A stretch of DNA of 25,677 nt, from IMG/VR virus record IMGVR_UViG_3300025759_000624, positions 1-25,677 of that record; one strand, given 5' to 3'. Positions 8,576-14,950 of this stretch are shown piece after piece; positions within the stretch are counted from its first letter, which is position 1, and each line of letters opens with the position of its first letter. The position numbers and the translations under genes were made by a program. The notes under the pieces are model-generated. The model made no database searches. It was not told the origin of the DNA and saw only the letters and a program-made list of their open reading frames with translations. The DNA comes from a virus. Lineage: Duplodnaviria; Caudoviricetes.

Positions 8576-8919
8576 TGGCAACAACTAAAGACACAAAAAG
8601 AGTCTCTGGTGGTGTTATGTATCGAGGTAAGAAATATCCAGGATTTAACAAGCCAAGAAGAAACACAGGATCAAGCAAGCACAAAATGGAAGTGCTAGCA
8701 AAAAAAGGTAATGAAATTAAAGTTGTCAGATTTGGGCATAAAGATTATGGGCATAATTATTCTAGTAAAGCTAGGAAGTCTTATCTTGCACGATCCGCAG
8801 GAATCAAAAACAAATCAGGCGGGCTTACAAAGAATGATAAGTTCTCTGCGAACTATTGGGCGAGGAAGAAGCTCTGGGCTGGATCGGGGGGAAGTAAAAA
8901 AACTCCACCTAAAAAATGA
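8575..8919 (+). CDS. Basic hypothetical protein (VRFG...SYLAR...SANYW..LW type)
   Basis: 114 aa, TAATG-coupled. Confidence 0.75.
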   Translation: MATTKDTKRVSGGVMYRGKKYPGFNKPRRNTGSSKHKMEVLAKKGNEIKVVRFGHKDYGHNYSSKARKSYLARSAGIKNKSGGLTKNDKFSANYWARKKLWAGSGGSKKTPPKK

Positions 8920-9089
8920 AGGTATATTATGGGTCAATAACCCAAGACGAACAACAACCACAACAGTTTCTAATAATCGCTGAAGACCACCAACAAGCAC
9001 AAAGAATCTTAGATGATATAGGGCTTGATCTTATAGGTGAACTTAATGAAGTTTTAGTTTACGATGATCATGATATAACTTATCATTGA
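8916..9089 (+). CDS. 57-aa acidic hypothetical protein (not in ORF track)
   Basis: MKVYYGSITQDEQQ...DITYH; ATGA overlap with the previous gene. Confidence 0.55.
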   Translation: MKVYYGSITQDEQQPQQFLIIAEDHQQAQRILDDIGLDLIGELNEVLVYDDHDITYH

Positions 9090-9094
9090 TTACT

Positions 9095-9340
9095 ATGAGT
9101 AAGAAAGAAGACCTTATACAAAGGTTTCAGCAACAAGGATATGACAGGGTAAGCCTAAGATGGGTGCCAAAGAATCCTTATGGAAAGAAACATAAAGTAA
9201 GTGGATGGATTTATCCAAAGAATCCTTATGGAAAGAAACATAAAGTAAGTGGATGGATTTATAAACTTAGTGGTGACAGTGAATGGTCTAAACTAGGCAA
9301 CAACTATGAAGATGCTTTTAAAGAGATTGACTTAATATAG
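9095..9340 (+). CDS. Hypothetical protein with a 16-aa internal duplication
   Basis: MSKKEDLIQRF...; PKNPYGKKHKVSGWIY occurs twice. Confidence 0.65.
   Translation: MSKKEDLIQRFQQQGYDRVSLRWVPKNPYGKKHKVSGWIYPKNPYGKKHKVSGWIYKLSGDSEWSKLGNNYEDAFKEIDLI
9167..9262. repeat. 48-bp perfect tandem duplication, in frame
   Basis: 9167-9214 is identical to 9215-9262. Confidence 0.95.
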
Positions 9341-9508
9341 ATTTACAATTGCATCAGATACAGAAGCGATAGCCACCATAGCTTTTTTAATATCATCTTG
9401 ATTTAAATCTTCTGGGTAGCCATTAAACAACTTACCGTCTTGATAGATTTTTTCTTCTTGATCTTTCAGCTCTCTGGCTATTTTTATAATTGCTTCTTTT
9501 ACTAACAT
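9332..9508 (-). CDS. 58-aa hypothetical protein (not in ORF track)
   Basis: MLVKEAIIKIARELKDQEE...AIVNLY; GAGGG RBS; TGaTAAGAT extended -10-like site upstream. Confidence 0.55.
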   Translation of the reverse strand: MLVKEAIIKIARELKDQEEKIYQDGKLFNGYPEDLNQDDIKKAMVAIASVSDAIVNLY

Positions 9509-9568
9509 AGGAACCCTCTATCTTATCAAAAAGAAAAATGAATAACAGTCTTGACATTTCAAAAAGAC

Positions 9569-9597
9569 AAAAAAAAGCGGAGTAATTACCCCGCTTC
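9569..9597 (-). terminator. Intrinsic terminator ending the early operon
   Basis: Minus-strand hairpin GCGGGGUAAUUACUCCGC followed by about 8 U, just past the stop at 9611. Confidence 0.85.
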
Positions 9598-9610
9598 TTC
9601 AAATCATAGG

Positions 9611-9757
9611 TTACTTTTTCTTTTTATACTCCTCCTCGTATGTAGTAAACCTTCTTTTACATACCAGACATTCCCGTCTGCGTTTGTTAACTGATCCGTC
9701 AACATACTTGCGTACATCTACAACTCTGGAGTTGCCGCCACATTCTGAACAAGTCAT
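9611..9757 (-). CDS. Stand-alone NrdR-type zinc-ribbon protein, 48 aa, no ATP-cone (not in ORF track)
   Basis: [48 protein letters not shown] matches the NrdR N-terminus (CxxC, V.D.R, RRR.CxxC..RFTT.E); GGAGGTG RBS with TAATG coupling. Confidence 0.85.
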   Translation of the reverse strand: MTCSECGGNSRVVDVRKYVDGSVNKRRRECLVCKRRFTTYEEEYKKKK

Positions 9758-10086
9758 TACGCCACCTCCCATGGTTCGTAGTTTTGAAGCTCGTCTTCAT
9801 AATAGTATTCCATGCTCCAAACTGTTCTGGCATCCCACTTACAAGAAAAAACACCAGAGTCTTTAAGTTCATGAAAAAGCTTCCAAAACTTTTTAGACCT
9901 ATTTTGAACAACAGAGCTTCCAAAGTCTGAACAAACCATATGTGCAATTTCTCTTTTGTTCTGGGCATCTAAGAACTTTACTATTCTGTGCCTATCTTTC
10001 CAATCTATTGGTATGATCTTGTTGGTAGAACTTATGCCAAATTTTGACATATCGCCAGACACTGAAGCTAAACATAACTTTACCAT
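9757..10086 (-). CDS. Hypothetical early protein
   Basis: 109 aa, GGAGGTG RBS, TAATG coupling at both ends. Confidence 0.75.
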   Translation of the reverse strand: MVKLCLASVSGDMSKFGISSTNKIIPIDWKDRHRIVKFLDAQNKREIAHMVCSDFGSSVVQNRSKKFWKLFHELKDSGVFSCKWDARTVWSMEYYYEDELQNYEPWEVA

Positions 10087-10451
10087 TACGCCACCTCCTC
10101 TGCTTCAGCTTTTTTCAAACACTTATTGACCCAAGCTAAAGATTTTTTTTCAGCCTCAGCTTCAGTGTTTGACTCTTCATTGAAATGATCTATGTAATGC
10201 TCAGCCATATTGACCCAAGCTAAAGATTTTTTTTCAGCCTCAGCTTCAGTGTTTGACTCTTCATTGAAATGATCTATGTAATGCTCAGCCATCCATTCAA
10301 TGCAGTCTTGTTTGCTTCCTGTCCACAGATTGCCATTGCTTAGGTACTGAACCTCCCAGAAAGGTTCGAACCCATCGTAGTCAGTGCTCATGCCATAGTG
10401 TGGCGTTCCTTTGTCAACAAAGTCTAACTCAAAACTTCCATCAATAATCAT
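10086..10451 (-). CDS. Hypothetical early protein with a 28-aa internal duplication
   Basis: 121 aa; GGAGG RBS; coupled to neighbours. Confidence 0.75.
   Translation of the reverse strand: MIIDGSFELDFVDKGTPHYGMSTDYDGFEPFWEVQYLSNGNLWTGSKQDCIEWMAEHYIDHFNEESNTEAEAEKKSLAWVNMAEHYIDHFNEESNTEAEAEKKSLAWVNKCLKKAEAEEVA
10125..10292. repeat. 84-bp tandem duplication, in frame
   Basis: 10125-10208 repeats at 10209-10292 (MAEHYIDHFNEESNTEAEAEKKSLAWVN twice). Confidence 0.95.
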
Positions 10452-10948
10452 GCAACATCCTCCTCTGCTTTATATTCCCACATATCAACATCACCAATAA
10501 GCTTTCTGGAAACAATATCCTTCAAGTTTTGAGTCAACCAGTAAGCATCAGATTGGACCCAGTTATCATCCTCGCAGGATTGGTACCTGTAGCAACTGAT
10601 CATGCCGTAGAGCTCCTTCTTGTTGACCCTAGGATATCCTTTGGTCTTAGCTTGGCATTGATTAACAAAGAGTAGGATCATACTCTCATCAAACTCGCCA
10701 TCCTTGCCTTCAGGGTTCCATGTAAAGAAACCCTTCCAGCTATCTGGATATCTAGCCTGCAAGCTTTTGATATTCTCTCTGGCTAATATCTCAGCCGCCT
10801 CTTGCGGGGAAGAAAAAGAAATCTTCTCCCTAGTCACCATGTTATAGGCATGAGTCACAAGATCATCACTAGCCATTGGCACACTACCATTAGCAAAGAA
10901 CTTACTCATCTCACCTATATGATCAGCATTACATAAAAACGCACTCAT
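10448..10948 (-). CDS. Hypothetical early protein (MSAF...N..S..ARY...CY.YQSCE type)
   Basis: 166 aa; GGAGGTG RBS; TAATG coupling. Confidence 0.8.
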   Translation of the reverse strand: MSAFLCNADHIGEMSKFFANGSVPMASDDLVTHAYNMVTREKISFSSPQEAAEILARENIKSLQARYPDSWKGFFTWNPEGKDGEFDESMILLFVNQCQAKTKGYPRVNKKELYGMISCYRYQSCEDDNWVQSDAYWLTQNLKDIVSRKLIGDVDMWEYKAEEDVA

Positions 10949-11115
10949 TATTTCACCTCCTGTAATTTCTTTTGTTCTTCACGAATCAAGTCAAAATAAA
11001 CTTGTACCTTTTTGATTCTTTCAGAGTCAAGCTTGTCAAACTTCTTGTCATACTCAAGATCAATTTCGTGTATGCGATCTAGACATCTTCTTATGTTTTT
11101 ATTTATTGTTTTCAT
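10948..11115 (-). CDS. 55-aa hypothetical early protein
   Basis: Likely start MKTINKN at 11115 after GGAGGTG, not the track's 11181. Confidence 0.7.
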   Translation of the reverse strand: MKTINKNIRRCLDRIHEIDLEYDKKFDKLDSERIKKVQVYFDLIREEQKKLQEVK

Positions 11116-11126
11116 TGTTGCACCTC

Positions 11127-11460
11127 CTATAATGCACTTGGTATTGTTCCAATTGGTTTTCCAAAACCTTCCCCGTACCATTCAGTAAATATTCGATCAT
11201 ATTGGTTTTCCAAGACCTTCCCCGTACCATTCAGTAAATATTCGATCATCTTCTTTTATTTCTTTTAAAGTCATGCCAAACATTTCTGCACATTCTCTTT
11301 GCCAAAAATCATGCAAATATTTACTTTGTTTTTTAGTAGGGCTTTTTTCTAGTTTAAATAATTTATAATCAACCCCATATTTTGTATGACATTCTAAAAT
11401 GTATGTCTTTTTCATTTTCTTGAATTGCTTTTGCAATTCTTGTAAATTTTCTGTTGTCAT
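11127..11460 (-). CDS. Hypothetical early protein with C-terminus disturbed by a 49-bp duplication
   Basis: Track ORF stops at 11197; removing one repeat copy extends it to GKPIGTIPSAL-TAG at 11127, overlapping the next RBS. Confidence 0.7.
11152..11249. repeat. 49-bp tandem duplication with one mismatch
   Basis: 11152-11200 versus 11201-11249 (ccaaaacc vs ccaagacc). Confidence 0.95.
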
Positions 11461-11699
11461 TATTTCACCTCCCTGATTTGTTTGACTTCTTTGGTAATAG
11501 CATCTGCCCTACCCATTAAAAATAATTCATAAACCTTTTCTCTGTCTAGGCTGTCTCCACCGCCCCAAAGATTAGGAAAATTTGTTTTATACATTTTTGT
11601 ATATTTACACGCCTCTAGGGGTGTTATGTCATCTCCACTATCACGATAAAAATCTAGAAAGTAAGAAACAAATTTAGAGTTCTGATTATGTAGGCTCAT
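11460..11699 (-). CDS. Hypothetical early protein
   Basis: 79 aa; GGAGGTG RBS; TAATG coupling. Confidence 0.75.
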   Translation of the reverse strand: MSLHNQNSKFVSYFLDFYRDSGDDITPLEACKYTKMYKTNFPNLWGGGDSLDREKVYELFLMGRADAITKEVKQIREVK

Positions 11700-11881
11700 T
11701 ATTCACCTCCTTGTGTTATTAAACCTTGTTCTATTAAATTAATTGCAGTTCTACCAAACCAGCCTTGAAGTTGCCAAGCCAGACCAGTGTCAACTAAGTG
11801 TTGCCATGCCTCTCTAACTTGATCCTCATGATCAGCTGGGATGAATCCCTCTGCAATACCTACAGCTGTGAAGTTATCCAT
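11699..11881 (-). CDS. Small phage protein (Q.L.DTG.AW.LQG.FGR.A..LI..G motif)
   Basis: 60 aa; motif familiar from phage early regions; GGAGGTG RBS. Confidence 0.8.
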   Translation of the reverse strand: MDNFTAVGIAEGFIPADHEDQVREAWQHLVDTGLAWQLQGWFGRTAINLIEQGLITQGGE

Positions 11882-12090
11882 TATTTCACCTCCTTTGATT
11901 TTGAATAATCAGTAGACTCAACTACTGTACAAATTGAAGCTGAATAAAGATTGTCTAGATCAAGCAATTTTTTGTATTCCTTGTCAGCATATTTTTTATC
12001 TTCGCAAAACATATAATGATCTTTGATCTTATCGCTATTTGGTATCCAATCACTCTTTCTTTCAGTCCAGACTAAAATATATCCATTCAT
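11881..12090 (-). CDS. Hypothetical early protein
   Basis: Likely start MNGYILVW at 12090 (GGAGGG RBS, ATGA overlap). Confidence 0.7.
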   Translation of the reverse strand: MNGYILVWTERKSDWIPNSDKIKDHYMFCEDKKYADKEYKKLLDLDNLYSASICTVVESTDYSKSKEVK

Positions 12091-12215
12091 GATTGCCCTC
12101 CAAAAGATAAAGCTATTGCAAGTGCCATTGATAATCCCACTGGCACACATATTATGATTGCGAATAAGATGTAAGTAAGTCTATCTCGTTTCGCTATTTC
12201 TTCTTTGTAAGTCAT
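12087..12215 (-). CDS. 42-aa single-pass membrane peptide (not in ORF track)
   Basis: MTYKEEIAKRDRLTYILFAIIICVPVGLSMALAIALSFGGQS; AAGGAGGG RBS just after hammerhead 1. Confidence 0.75.
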   Translation of the reverse strand: MTYKEEIAKRDRLTYILFAIIICVPVGLSMALAIALSFGGQS

Positions 12216-12236
12216 ATTCCCTCCTTTGGTTTGTTT

Positions 12237-12290
12237 GACTAAGACTGCCATTGCTGGCAGTTTCGCTCATTAAGAGCTCATCAGTTAGCC
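12237..12290 (-). ncRNA. Hammerhead ribozyme, type I (copy 1)
   Basis: GGCUAA CUGAUGA GCUC-UUAAU-GAGC GAAA CUGCCA-GCAA-UGGCAG UC^UUAGUC. Complete core, three stems, GUC triplet; cleavage predicted between 12243 and 12242. Confidence 0.95.
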
Positions 12291-12679
12291 TAAGAGTGAT
12301 ACCACATATCCCACTTCTGCACGATCTCATAAACATCGTACTCAGCATTATTCTGGATAGCTTCTTTAAGATCACCAAAGACTGCTGATCTATAATCCCA
12401 TCTATCTGGTTTGTTGATGGTGTAGCCCTTATCCATGAAGTAAGCATAGTCTTCAACTAGACCATGATCCTTGGATAGTTCCTTGGTGATCCACTTGACC
12501 ATGTCCATGGCTTGCTCATGAAATGATCTTTTGAGCTCAACATAGTTCAAGAAGTTAGTGTCCCCAAATTCAAGAACATCTGCTCCCTGTTGTTCAGCCT
12601 TGCCCATTATCTCAGTAGCAATAACCATTTCTCTTTCCCAAGATTCTTGGGCATCAGTTTTAGTATTTAAGTTTTTCAT
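12290..12679 (-). CDS. Hypothetical early protein, 129 aa, flanked by hammerheads
   Basis: AGGAGGG RBS; TAG stop overlaps the first G of hammerhead 1 stem I. Confidence 0.8.
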   Translation of the reverse strand: MKNLNTKTDAQESWEREMVIATEIMGKAEQQGADVLEFGDTNFLNYVELKRSFHEQAMDMVKWITKELSKDHGLVEDYAYFMDKGYTINKPDRWDYRSAVFGDLKEAIQNNAEYDVYEIVQKWDMWYHS

Positions 12680-12699
12680 AGTCCCTCCTAATTTTGTTT

Positions 12700-12772
12700 G
12701 ACTAAGACTGCCATTGCTGGCAGTTTCGCTCCCCGTAGGGAGTTTCGCTCATTGAGAGCTCTTCAGTTAGCC
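12700..12772 (-). ncRNA. Hammerhead ribozyme, type I (copy 2, with an extra GAAA-hairpin segment)
   Basis: GGCUAA CUGAAGA GCUC-UCAAU-GAGC GAAA CUCCC-UACG-GGGAG C GAAA CUGCCA-GCAA-UGGCAG UC^UUAGUC; cleavage predicted between 12706 and 12705. Confidence 0.85.
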
Positions 12773-13164
12773 TAGAAATTTAGCGAGAAACGCCCATCAT
12801 CTGACCACCAAGCAGATAATCTAATTTCGATAAGCTTGTCTTCCTTGCTTGAATATTCTTCAGCATCTTTGATCATATCTTTTACAATTTCTTTTGCTTG
12901 TTTTTTGGTTATGGTCAAATATTTGGTAAAGACATTTGGATAATATTTATCCTCATCGATAGACTCTTTTGTATATCCATCAGTCTTAATGTAAACGCAA
13001 ACACTAATACATTTCTGCATTCTAATAATCTTGTCCAGTTCTTTTGGTGTGACATGAATTTGACCTGAGTTTGTTTTGACTAGTTCGTCAGGGTTCTCAC
13101 CCCATCCTTTAGGCTCCATTCTTGTTGCTATTGCTTGTTCTATTCTTTTGTTTAATGCTTTCAT
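12772..13164 (-). CDS. Hypothetical early protein, 130 aa, flanked by hammerheads
   Basis: Likely start MKALNKR at 13164 after AGGAGGG (track extends into hammerhead 3); TAG stop overlaps hammerhead 2. Confidence 0.8.
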   Translation of the reverse strand: MKALNKRIEQAIATRMEPKGWGENPDELVKTNSGQIHVTPKELDKIIRMQKCISVCVYIKTDGYTKESIDEDKYYPNVFTKYLTITKKQAKEIVKDMIKDAEEYSSKEDKLIEIRLSAWWSDDGRFSLNF

Positions 13165-13184
13165 AGTCCCTCCTAATTTTGTTT

Positions 13185-13251
13185 GACTAAGACCATCTCG
13201 ATTCGCGGGGAAAAAAGATGGTTTCGACCAATCAGGTCTCATCAGTTAGCC
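13185..13251 (-). ncRNA. Hammerhead ribozyme, type I (copy 3)
   Basis: GGCUAA CUGAUGA GACC-UGAUU-GGUC GAAA CCAUCU-N17-AGAUGG UC^UUAGUC. Stems II and III differ from copy 1 by compensatory changes; cleavage predicted between 13191 and 13190. Confidence 0.95.
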
Positions 13252-13626
13252 TTGCACCTTTACAGGTTTACCTACAGTTGCTTTCCAAGAGATAGGATGC
13301 TTTCTAACTCCACTGTTGCCAATGTACTGATCAAGCACTGAGTCTAGCTCTTGCTTGTATTTCTCATGACCAGAATCAACGATCTCGTTTGCATGATCTA
13401 TCCATTGAGCAAACTTCTGTTCAGGGCTCATAGCAACCCAACGCTTGTTATCTAAATATTCAAATACTCCTTCTAGCATTCCAACATATGTTGTACCGCT
13501 TTCTGGTTTCTTTCCATATGCCCATGCATACATCAAATTAATGCTGGCAAGTGTAGGCTTATCGTTTGCATACTTCATAGCTGTAGTCATTCTGATGTTG
13601 TTAGATGTTTGTTTTATTGTGTCCAT
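13246..13626 (-). CDS. First gene of the early operon, hypothetical 126 aa
   Basis: Start MDTIKQ at 13626 after AAGGAGGG; TAA stop lies within hammerhead 3 stem I. Confidence 0.8.
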   Translation of the reverse strand: MDTIKQTSNNIRMTTAMKYANDKPTLASINLMYAWAYGKKPESGTTYVGMLEGVFEYLDNKRWVAMSPEQKFAQWIDHANEIVDSGHEKYKQELDSVLDQYIGNSGVRKHPISWKATVGKPVKVQG

Positions 13627-13667
13627 AATTCCCTCCTTTTTTGAAATCTTTTGAAACAATGATTCCA

Positions 13668-13696
13668 AATATAAGGGGTACGATATGTAGTGTCAA
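13668..13696 (-). promoter_or_regulatory. Near-consensus sigma70 early promoter
   Basis: TTGACA (13696-13691), 17-bp spacer, TATATT (13673-13668), with AT-rich sequence upstream. Confidence 0.85.
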
Positions 13697-13791
13697 GCAT
13701 TTACCTGAAAATAATTGAAATTAATTTTTAGGGCTGTTGAGAATCATCTGCGTTTACTGTATCTTTTGTAAGTAATAAACCTATAGGAATT

Positions 13792-14043
13792 ATGGAGCTA
13801 AAAGCATTAGAGATGAGACTTGATAACCTCGAAAAGAAAATGGAGGAGGTTCATAAGCTCACGTCTATTCTTCCCAGATTAGAAGAGAGAATGATCGCTC
13901 AGAAAGATGATCTACAAGATCATGAGTTTAGATTAAGAAGTCTTGAGCAGTCTCAATCAAAAGGCAATGTCTACATTGGGTGGATCGAAAGATTTGCTTG
14001 GGCTATTGTTGTTGCATTGGCTGGTAGTTCAATATTTTTTTAA
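13792..14043 (+). CDS. Coiled-coil protein with C-terminal transmembrane segment (holin/XhlA-like candidate)
   Basis: RLDNLE...RLEE...RLRSLE coil then FAWAIVVALAGSSIFF; next to a lysin candidate. Confidence 0.6.
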   Translation: MELKALEMRLDNLEKKMEEVHKLTSILPRLEERMIAQKDDLQDHEFRLRSLEQSQSKGNVYIGWIERFAWAIVVALAGSSIFF

Positions 14044-14044
14044 T

Positions 14045-14491
14045 ATGTTTTTTGGTCAAAAAGAATACGATGCAGTCTTAGAAAGATTTGCATATTTACC
14101 TGAAGCCACTCTTGGCAAACTTACAGTAAAAGATCATGTATTTTGGATCGCGGAGCGTCCTTGGCGGGGAAATAAAAAAGAGGTCAGCTGCATACCAAAT
14201 GGCACATATACTTGTAAGGCATACACAAGCAAAAGATTTGGAGAAACCTTTGAGATCGGTCAAACCTTTGAGATCACAGAGGTACCAAACAGAACCTATA
14301 TCCTATTCCATGTAGGAAACTTTCCAGAGAAAGATAGTCATGGCTGTCTACTTGTAGGATCATCATTGATGGCTGGCAAGCCAGCAGTATCTGCAAGCAA
14401 GAATGCAATGGCTAAATTCAGAGAGGTCTTACAGGGTGTCGAAAGCTTCGATATCGAAATCAAAGACTCAACTCCATACGACTGGTCATAA
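14045..14491 (+). CDS. DUF5675-family protein (candidate cell-wall enzyme)
   Basis: TLGKL...ERPW..N....SCIP.G.Y...VPNRTYILFHVGN...DSHGCLLVG; likely ATG at 14045. Confidence 0.8.
   Translation: MFFGQKEYDAVLERFAYLPEATLGKLTVKDHVFWIAERPWRGNKKEVSCIPNGTYTCKAYTSKRFGETFEIGQTFEITEVPNRTYILFHVGNFPEKDSHGCLLVGSSLMAGKPAVSASKNAMAKFREVLQGVESFDIEIKDSTPYDWS
14240..14275. repeat. 18-bp imperfect tandem duplication (GETFEI / GQTFEI)
   Basis: ggagaaacctttgagatc followed by ggtcaaacctttgagatc. Confidence 0.85.
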
Positions 14492-14948
14492 GTCCAGAGT
14501 ATGTAGAACTTGCAACATACGCAAGGACATAACCCGCTTCGAAATAACTAAAGGATATAGAGCCAGACAATGTCGCTCCTGCCGTCAAGCGGGGAAAAGA
14601 AAAAGAATGAGCAACTGCCCGTATTCTTACATAAACAACCTATATCACGGACTAGCATATAGAAGGAAAGAGACACACGACTTTACAGTAACAAAGGAAG
14701 ACCTACATGAACTCTATGATCAGCAGAAAGGAATATGTGCATACTCTGGTGTAGAGATGACAAACATTAAAGACGGTGAAGGATATCATCTAACCAACAT
14801 ATCAATAGATAGGGTGAACAATGATCTTGGATATGTGAAAGAAAACATAGCTCTGGTTTGTCTGTCTGTGAACATGATGAAGTACACGATGGAGTTAAAA
14901 GATTTGGTCAAATGGTGTAAACTTATAGCTAAACATAACAAGGATTAA
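14403..14948 (+). CDS. Zn-finger plus HNH-like endonuclease (start uncertain)
   Basis: CRTC...CRSC, then Q.GICAYSG..M...SIDRVNNDLGYVKENIALVC...N.MK. Confidence 0.7.
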   Translation: MQWLNSERSYRVSKASISKSKTQLHTTGHKSRVCRTCNIRKDITRFEITKGYRARQCRSCRQAGKRKRMSNCPYSYINNLYHGLAYRRKETHDFTVTKEDLHELYDQQKGICAYSGVEMTNIKDGEGYHLTNISIDRVNNDLGYVKENIALVCLSVNMMKYTMELKDLVKWCKLIAKHNKD

Positions 14949-14950
14949 TT

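Noticed and set aside
9551-9580. TTGACA at 9551 as a + strand promoter
   Set aside because: No -10 at 16-18 bp; the downstream sequence is the reverse-strand terminator.
9684-9968. Track ORFs 9684-9866 (+) and 9699-9968 (-)
   Set aside because: They are shadow frames of the coupled 9757-10086 and NrdR-like 9611-9757 genes.
12181-12456. Track ORF of 91 aa crossing hammerhead 1
   Set aside because: It overlaps the better supported 12290-12679 and 12087-12215 genes and reads through the ribozyme; no RBS.
12230-13251. The three intergenic repeats as a CRISPR array or as terminators
   Set aside because: The spacers are whole genes of about 390 bp, no cas genes are present, there is no U-tract after the hairpins on the coding strand, and the hammerhead core explains the conservation.
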